Origin: Armatimonadota bacterium
Lineage (GTDB): Bacteria; Armatimonadota; Armatimonadia; Armatimonadales; Armatimonadaceae
NCBI GenBank assembly: GCA_043754515.1
Contig: JAYUUO010000140.1
Span: forward strand, 1-11,977
DNA length: 11,977 nucleotides
Direction: 5' to 3'
The stretch's first letter is position 1, and every line of letters starts with the position of its first letter. The position numbers were made by a program, and so were the translations under genes. The notes beneath the pieces were generated by a model. The model was not told the origin of the DNA. It worked only from the letters and a program-made list of their open reading frames with translations, and did not search any database. This document shows, in pieces, positions 6,719 to 11,977 of the stretch.

Positions 6719-7968
6719 GCTAATTCTTTACGGAGCCGCCGCCGGTTTTGTTGCCGCCCACGGCTGGCGAGGCAGAAAAGGGCGGCGGGCGCGGCGAGCA
6801 GCACCAACGCGGACGGTTCGGGAACCACCACCGCCGTGGACGCGATACGCCCGATGGTGCCGCTCGAACGGGACGCGTAGTAGAGCGCGCCATCGTCGCC
6901 GACCTGCACATCGCTGATGTTCCCCAGGTTGGACGCGAACAGCGACGTGCTACTGGTGCCCGCGCCCGCCATGCGAATCCAGCCGTTCACGTAGTCGCCG
7001 TAGAAGTAGTTGCCCGTGTATGCCACGCCGAACCGGTTATTGATGGGGTTGTAGAACGCACCGCCGGTGATAGCGTTGCCGAGATCCGTCCCGCCCCCGT
7101 GCCCGTAGGTGATCAGCGGTTCCGTGAAACTCGGGAAGGCGGTCTGGTCGAAAGCCCCCTCGGTGGTTGACCAGCCGTAATTCGCGCCCGCCTTCAGCAC
7201 GTTGATCTCCTCCCACGTGCTCTGCCCGACGTCGTTTATGTAGGTAAGCCCGGTGCCGGGCTGGATGCCGAATGTGAACGGGTTGCGCAGTCCCAGCGCG
7301 TAAATGGCCCGGTTATTGCCGGTGGTGCTACTAAAAAACGGGTTGTCAGTCGGGATGCTCCCGTCGGCGTTGATACGCAGGATCTTGCCGAGCGTCGTGT
7401 TCAGGGTCTGCGAGTTCGCCGGGTTCGCGTTCTCGCCGACGCCGATGTACAACTTGCCATCCGCGCCGAAGTGGATCGCGCCGCCGTTGTGGTTGGTCGC
7501 GCCGGACAGGTTATCCACATCGAACAGGTTGACGCCGCTCGCCGGCACCACGACATCGCCATTCGCCGTGAAGCGCGTTACCTGGTTATGCGCCGCGCCC
7601 CCCAAGGCACCGGGCACCGTATGATAGGTGTACACGTAGCCGTTGGTGGCGAAGTTGGGGTCGAAGGCGATCCCCAGCAAGCCCCGCTCGCCGTTAGAAT
7701 CCACCGGGAGCGTCACAAACGGGGTGGCTTGCGTCACGCCGTTTTTGATCACCCGCAGGTTGCCGCCCTGTTCGGCGACGAAAAGCCGCCCGTCGGGCGC
7801 GAACGCCATCGCGGTCGAGTTATTAATGCCGGTCGCGTAGGTCGTCTGCGCAAAGCCCGGCAACACGGTCGGGCGGGCGGACGCGGCACGGGGCGCGGAG
7901 AATGCACTGGCGACAAGGCCGCACGCGGCGATTACGCCGAGGGCCGATTTTAGAACACGGCTTCGCAT
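6715..7968 (-). CDS. Secreted PQQ-dependent sugar dehydrogenase (GSDH/YliI-type beta-propeller) with PEP-CTERM sorting signal, ~417 aa
   Basis: N-terminal signal peptide (..AASA/RP); MAFAPDGRLFVAEQGG, GERGLLGIAFDPNF, NHNGG, GKILRINADGSIP.DNPF, GLRNPF, DVGQSTWEEIN; C-terminal VPEPS + hydrophobic helix + basic tail. ATG 7968 has AAAGGA upstream; ATG 7998 is an alternative start. Confidence 0.9.
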   Translation of the reverse strand: MRSRVLKSALGVIAACGLVASAFSAPRAASARPTVLPGFAQTTYATGINNSTAMAFAPDGRLFVAEQGGNLRVIKNGVTQATPFVTLPVDSNGERGLLGIAFDPNFATNGYVYTYHTVPGALGGAAHNQVTRFTANGDVVVPASGVNLFDVDNLSGATNHNGGAIHFGADGKLYIGVGENANPANSQTLNTTLGKILRINADGSIPTDNPFFSSTTGNNRAIYALGLRNPFTFGIQPGTGLTYINDVGQSTWEEINVLKAGANYGWSTTEGAFDQTAFPSFTEPLITYGHGGGTDLGNAITGGAFYNPINNRFGVAYTGNYFYGDYVNGWIRMAGAGTSSTSLFASNLGNISDVQVGDDGALYYASRSSGTIGRIASTAVVVPEPSALVLLAAPAALFCLASRGRQQNRRRLRKELA

Positions 7969-8015
7969 CGAGAGATTTCCTTTCGGGTTCGTCGTCATCG
8001 GAACCCCCTACCGTC

Positions 8016-8021
8016 ATTATA
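8016..8021 (-). promoter_or_regulatory. Candidate -10 box (TATAAT) for the GSDH-DUF2071 operon
   Basis: Perfect TATAAT on the minus strand ~50 nt above ATG 7968; no recognisable -35. Confidence 0.5.
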
Positions 8022-8403
8022 GCGGCATCAGCGGCGTTTTGGGGGAGCGGGTGGGTCGTGGTTGTTAGGGCGGGTAGGTTTTTCGTGGCTAGGTCGTGTG
8101 GATCGTTCGTGGCGGGGGCGGTCGGGTGGATCGCGCCGTGAGGAGCGGACAATGAATTGTTCCCGTTTGCGGCTCGCAAACAGGAAGTACTGTTGCATAG
8201 GTTTTTTCGCGGCGAAAAAGACCAGGTAGACGCTTCGCGTCGGGCTTGTATATAGAAGACGGCTGGCCGCGTGGTCGGGAGGATTGGGAACATTGCGGCG
8301 ATCCCGCCCATTCGCAGACTCGTCGCTCCTCGTCGTCGTCACCCTTAGCGTCGCTGTCGTCACCCGTGGCGTCGCTTCGCTCTGGTACCGACACCCCGTC
8401 CCG

Positions 8404-8466
8404 TGTTACAATCCGCGCAGGCAAGCACCGCCCGGCTACCGGCGCGGGGAAATATCGGGGTATCAT
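8404..8466 (+). promoter_or_regulatory. Two candidate fabI promoters
   Basis: Extended -10 TG-T-TACAAT (8404-8412) and GGGG-TATCAT (-10 at 8461-8466), the latter 8 nt before the ATG, consistent with a (near-)leaderless transcript; no SD seen. Confidence 0.5.
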
Positions 8467-8474
8467 CGGGCATT

Positions 8475-9269
8475 ATGGGACTCTTAGACGGCAAGACCGG
8501 AATCATTTACGGCGTTCGCAACGAACGCTCCATCGGCTGGGGGTGCGCGAAGTCGCTCGCCCGCGAGGGCGCGAAGCTCGCCCTGTCCTTTTTAGGCGAG
8601 CGTGAGGAGAAAGACGTGCGCAAACTCGCCCCCGAACTCGGCGAGGGCGCGGTGCCGGTGATCGCGCCGTGCGACCTGACCATTCCGGAGCAGGTCGCGG
8701 CGTTTCACGAGCGCGTGTCGGAGGCGTTTGGCGGCAAGATTGACTTCGTGGTACACGCGGTCGCGTTCGCGAAGGGGCTGTCGGGGCGGTTTGTGGACGT
8801 GTCGGCGGCGGACTTCGATATCTCGCTGAACGTGTCGGCGTACACGCTCGTTACCGCGGCGAAAGCGGCGGAACCGCTAATGGCGGCGGGCGGCTCGATC
8901 GTCACGCTGACCTTTCTGGGCGGCGAACGCGTATTCCCGAACTATAACACGGCGGGGATCGGCAAGGCGGCACTGGAATCCTGTGTCCGCTACCTCGCGT
9001 ACGATTTAGGTTCGGGCAAGATCCGCGTCAACGCGATCTCGGCGGGGCCGGTCAAGACGCTGTCGGCGGTCGGCATCGCGGGATTCCGAGACATGCACAA
9101 GTTCGCCGCCGCGACCGCGCCGCTCGGCCACAACACCGAGATCGAGGAGGTCGGCGACACCTGCGCGTTCCTCGCGTCGGATTGGTCGCGCGGGATGACC
9201 GGCGGCGTCCTGTTCGTGGACAGCGGCTACCACCTGCTCGGGATGCCGCGCCCCGCGTCCGAGCCTTAG
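8475..9269 (+). CDS. fabI: Enoyl-[acyl-carrier-protein] reductase, 264 aa
   Basis: MGLLDGKTGIIYGVRNERSIGWG, IDFVVHAVAFA, GGSIVTLTFLG, catalytic Y-x6-K in YNTAGIGKAALE, IRVNAISAGPVKTL, TGGVLFVDSGYH. Confidence 0.94.
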   Translation: MGLLDGKTGIIYGVRNERSIGWGCAKSLAREGAKLALSFLGEREEKDVRKLAPELGEGAVPVIAPCDLTIPEQVAAFHERVSEAFGGKIDFVVHAVAFAKGLSGRFVDVSAADFDISLNVSAYTLVTAAKAAEPLMAAGGSIVTLTFLGGERVFPNYNTAGIGKAALESCVRYLAYDLGSGKIRVNAISAGPVKTLSAVGIAGFRDMHKFAAATAPLGHNTEIEEVGDTCAFLASDWSRGMTGGVLFVDSGYHLLGMPRPASEP

Positions 9270-9588
9270 AGACGGGGATGCGCTCCGTCGCGTCCGAATA
9301 CACTGGTTCATTAGCGTCTGAGCGGGTGGATTGTAGACGCCAGGGCGGGTGGTGAAACCCGGAGGCGGTCGGCTTCGCGGCGGCGGGCGGGGCGCATCCG
9401 CGACGGGGGGCCGTCCCTGCGACCGGGTACCCGCTCGCGGGTGGGAACAGTTCACCGTCCGTACCGATGCGACCCGCTGAACGCAGGGGACGCCCCGCCC
9501 GACGCCAGCCACAAACAAATCCGCGATACCAACTAACCGAAAATCTACGAAATCGCCCCACTTCCGTACCCGCACGCCCCCCACCGAT

Positions 9589-9598
9589 GGGGTATCCT
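9589..9598 (+). promoter_or_regulatory. Candidate -10 box for a leaderless crtI transcript
   Basis: GGGG-TATCCT (-10 at 9593-9598), 6 nt before ATG 9605; no SD. Confidence 0.5.
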
Positions 9599-9604
9599 AA
9601 AGCC

Positions 9605-11092
9605 ATGGCAAACGGCTTAGGGGCGCGGCGGGCGGTGGTGATCGGGTCGGGTTTCGCGGGAATGGCGGCGGCGTGTTGCCTCGCGCAACGCGGCTTCGCG
9701 GTTACGGTGCTGGAGAAGAACGGGCAGACCGGGGGGCGGGCGCGGACATGGACGAAGGACGGGTTCACGTTCGACTTAGGCCCGTCGTGGTACTGGATGC
9801 CGGACGTGTTCGAGCAGTTCTTCGCCCGCTTCGGCAAGAATCCGTCCGACTACTACGATCTAGTTCGGCTCGACCCGGCATACCGCGTCGTGTTCGGCGA
9901 GAACGATCACGTAGACATCGCCGCCGACCTGGGAACGCTCACCGAACGCTTCGAGGCGATTGAGCCGGGCAGTGCCGCTAAGTTGCGCGAGTTCCTGGCG
10001 CAGGCGGAGTATAAATACCGCGTCGGGATGAACGACTACGTGCGCCGCCCGTCGCTCTCGATCCTGGAGTTCATTGACGCACGGATCGTGAAGGAGTCGG
10101 TGCGCCTCCAGATGGTGCAGACGATGCGCGCTCACGTCGAGTTATTTTTTAAGGACGAGCGGTTGCGCCGCATTCTGGAGTTCCCCATTCTGTTTTTAGG
10201 CGGCACAGGGCGCGAGATTCCGGCGATGTACTCGCTGATGAACTATGCCGACCTGGTTCTGGGCACCTGGTATCCGATGGGCGGTATGCGCAAAATCGCC
10301 GACGCGATGGAAACGCTGGCACTCGAACTGGGCGTCCATATCGTCACCGACGCCGAGGTGGACGCCATCGAGATCGAGCGCGGCATCGCGAAAGCGGCGA
10401 CGACGAAGGGCGGGGCGCGCTACGACGCCGACGTGGTGATCGCGGGCGCCGACTACCATCACGTCGAGCAGCACCTGATCGCGCCGGAATACCGCACCTA
10501 CGATGAACGCTATTGGGACTCGCGCGTCCTCTCGCCGTCGTCACTCCTTTTTTACCTGGGCGTTGACAAACGGCTACAAAACCTGAAGCACCACAACCTG
10601 TACTTCGACGAGCCGCTGGACCCACACGCCGAGACGATCTTCGGGCAACCGTCCTACCCCGACAAGCCGCTGTTCTACGTCTGTTGCCCGTCGCAGACGG
10701 ACCCCACGGTCGCGCCCGAGGGCATGGAGAACATATTCATCCTGATCCCGCTCGCGCCCGGACTTTCGGACACGGACGCCGAACGCGAACGCCTCTACGA
10801 CATCGTGATGGAGCGGCTGGAGCATTTGACTAGGCAGACGATCCGCGACGCGGTAGTCGTGCGCCGCGACTACGCGCACCGCGACTTCATCGCCGACTAC
10901 CATTCGTACAAAGGGAACGCGTACGGGCTGGCGAACACGCTCGCGCAGACGGCGTTCTGGAAACCGACGATCAAGCCGCCGAAGGTGCGCAACCTGTACT
11001 ACTGCGGGCAACTCACGGTGCCGGGTCCGGGCGTTCCGCCGTCGTTGATCTCGGGGCAGATCGCCGCCGAACTTGTCATCGCCGGGAAGTAA
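9605..11092 (+). CDS. crtI: Phytoene desaturase family protein (CrtI-type), 495 aa
   Basis: FAD-binding VVIGSGFAG, GGRA, FTFDLGPSWYWMPDVF, LVRLDPAYRV, GTWYPMGGM, GNAYGLANTL.QTA, GQLTVPGPGVPPSLISG. Exact desaturase specificity is inferred. Confidence 0.88.
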   Translation: MANGLGARRAVVIGSGFAGMAAACCLAQRGFAVTVLEKNGQTGGRARTWTKDGFTFDLGPSWYWMPDVFEQFFARFGKNPSDYYDLVRLDPAYRVVFGENDHVDIAADLGTLTERFEAIEPGSAAKLREFLAQAEYKYRVGMNDYVRRPSLSILEFIDARIVKESVRLQMVQTMRAHVELFFKDERLRRILEFPILFLGGTGREIPAMYSLMNYADLVLGTWYPMGGMRKIADAMETLALELGVHIVTDAEVDAIEIERGIAKAATTKGGARYDADVVIAGADYHHVEQHLIAPEYRTYDERYWDSRVLSPSSLLFYLGVDKRLQNLKHHNLYFDEPLDPHAETIFGQPSYPDKPLFYVCCPSQTDPTVAPEGMENIFILIPLAPGLSDTDAERERLYDIVMERLEHLTRQTIRDAVVVRRDYAHRDFIADYHSYKGNAYGLANTLAQTAFWKPTIKPPKVRNLYYCGQLTVPGPGVPPSLISGQIAAELVIAGK

Positions 11093-11201
11093 CGATCCTT
11101 CCCGTCAATAAAGCACCAATACTGCCCGATTTAATCCACGATGCAGGAAGGGAGCGGTATTCCGTCGAAATAGAACTTCTTCGCTAAAGGAGAGGGGCTA
11201 T

Positions 11202-11798
11202 ATGGCACAGGCGGAACGGCTCTACTGGATGGACGGCATCATGCAGGGCAAGGCGTACCTGCACTGGCAGACGGTGGTGGATAAGTTCGAGGTGCAACGG
11301 CGCACGGTGTTCAACGACATGCGGTTCCTGCGGGATCGGCTCGGGGCACCCGTCGCGTTCAGCCGACGCTTCAAAGGCTGGCATTACACGTCGTCAAATT
11401 ACCAAATCCCGTTCCTGGCCCTGTCGGACGGGGAAGCCGCCACGTTGCGCCGGACGTTGCTCGCTGCGCTCCCGGATGATCTGCTCGCCGATGTCCGCCA
11501 TGCCATAGACGACCGCCACCGGCTACGCCTCACGTATTACTCCGCGCATCGCGACCAGCTGACGGAGCGGGTGATCCGACCGTACCGGCTCCTCAATCGC
11601 GGCGGGGAGCTATACCTGATCGGTCACTGCGAACTGCGCGACGCGACGCGGGACTTCGGGCTACACCGGATTAAAGAGAGAACGGTGCTGGACCCGCCAC
11701 GGGCGTTCGCGGTGCCCGAATCGTTCGACATTGAGGCGTACCTGGAGACCGCGTGCGGATTGAAACGCTACTCCAATTTTTCGGGGCGGAAACTCTAA
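11202..11798 (+). CDS. HTH-WYL domain transcriptional regulator, shortened and C-terminally truncated (possible pseudogene), 198 aa
   Basis: SD AAAGGAG; winged HTH (KFEVQRRTVFNDMRFLRDRLGAPV....KGWHY); WYL domain (LRLTYYS...TERVIRPYRL....GELYLIGHCELRDATRDFGLHRI); ends shortly after PESFDIEAYL without a WCX domain. Confidence 0.85.
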   Translation: MAQAERLYWMDGIMQGKAYLHWQTVVDKFEVQRRTVFNDMRFLRDRLGAPVAFSRRFKGWHYTSSNYQIPFLALSDGEAATLRRTLLAALPDDLLADVRHAIDDRHRLRLTYYSAHRDQLTERVIRPYRLLNRGGELYLIGHCELRDATRDFGLHRIKERTVLDPPRAFAVPESFDIEAYLETACGLKRYSNFSGRKL

Positions 11799-11832
11799 TC
11801 CGATTTTCATCCGGCTCGGGTGCGGATTCAAC
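11753..11832 (+). CRISPR. Putative CRISPR array remnant: 3' half repeat, 37-nt spacer, degenerate repeat
   Basis: GTGCGGATTGAAAC (11753-11766), then 11767-11803, then TTTTCATCCGGCTCGGGTGCGGATTCAAC (11804-11832) with a CATCCG/CGGGTG stem. GTGCGGATT recurs at a 67-nt period. Only 1.5 repeats are present. Confidence 0.5.
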
Positions 11833-11849
11833 GAGAAATGTAAACACGA

Positions 11850-11977
11850 TAGGAGTTAAGTGAGTGATCAGAAATATGCTACGATCATTGTCGTGAGTCG
11901 TATGACCAAGATTGTACTTTCTGATGAACAGAAATCCGCATTGGAAAAAGGGGTTAAGTTTGGCAAGGTTCATGGCT
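11850..11977 (+). mobile_element. Left end of an IS630-like insertion sequence with transposase N-terminus (3'-partial)
   Basis: AT-rich segment starting TA-GGAGTTAAGTGA. An open frame from GTG 11893 (or GTG 11860 / ATG 11902) to the window end reads MSRMTKIVLSDEQKSALEKGVKFGKVHG, resembling the L(S/T)xEQxxxLExG...H N-terminus of IS630 HTH transposases. TG-C-TACGAT (11877-11885) lies 7 nt before the GTG. Confidence 0.6.

Noticed and set aside
8040..8135. Similarity of this strand-biased tract (reverse complement) to 9495-9580
   Set aside because: Only short patchy matches (GCCACxAAC, GAAAAxCTAC), explainable by shared C/A-rich composition.
8028..8466. Several 67-162 aa ORFs in the GSDH/fabI intergenic region
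   Set aside because: Pro/Arg/Thr-rich, mutually overlapping, no typical codon pattern or motif.
9424..9450. ACCCGCTCGCGGGTGGGAACAG resembling a type I-E CRISPR repeat
   Set aside because: Single copy, no periodic partner, poor match outside the hairpin.
9300..9600. Cobalamin riboswitch or CarH-type control upstream of crtI
   Set aside because: No B12-box or GCCACTG/GGGAAG core seen; a -10 element right at the start codon argues against a long leader.
11113..11125. GCA-N7-TGC as a WYL autoregulatory site
   Set aside because: 3-bp arms are too short to distinguish from chance.
11671..11973. 100-aa minus-strand ORF
   Set aside because: Spans the WYL gene, the repeat remnant and the IS-like end; the plus-strand transposase-like frame explains the region better.
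1..11977. Whole window as a composite transposon
   Set aside because: The flanking IS-like sequences belong to different families and the interior holds core genes (fabI, tRNA).

Overview
GC-rich bacterial chromosomal segment (PEP-CTERM protein present; a PEP-CTERM-rich phylum such as Armatimonadota is plausible but not provable here). Mostly housekeeping and metabolic genes: an MtfA/M90-type zinc peptidase divergent from a manB-manA pair, a two-gene lower-GC islet at the 3' end of tRNA-Thr(GGT), a PEP-CTERM PQQ/GSDH-type dehydrogenase coupled to a DUF2071/YqjF-like gene, fabI, and a stand-alone crtI-family desaturase. Both ends carry mobile DNA missed by the ORF track: an IS1-like transposase C-terminal remnant plus att-like sequence on the left, and the start of an IS630-like element on the right. 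The most striking signal is at 11202-11832. A shortened HTH-WYL regulator runs directly into what looks like a half CRISPR repeat (GTGCGGATTGAAAC), a 37-nt spacer-like segment and a degenerate terminal repeat. This suggests the scar of a WYL-regulated CRISPR-Cas locus removed by deletion. All family assignments come from motif recognition by eye; no searches were run.
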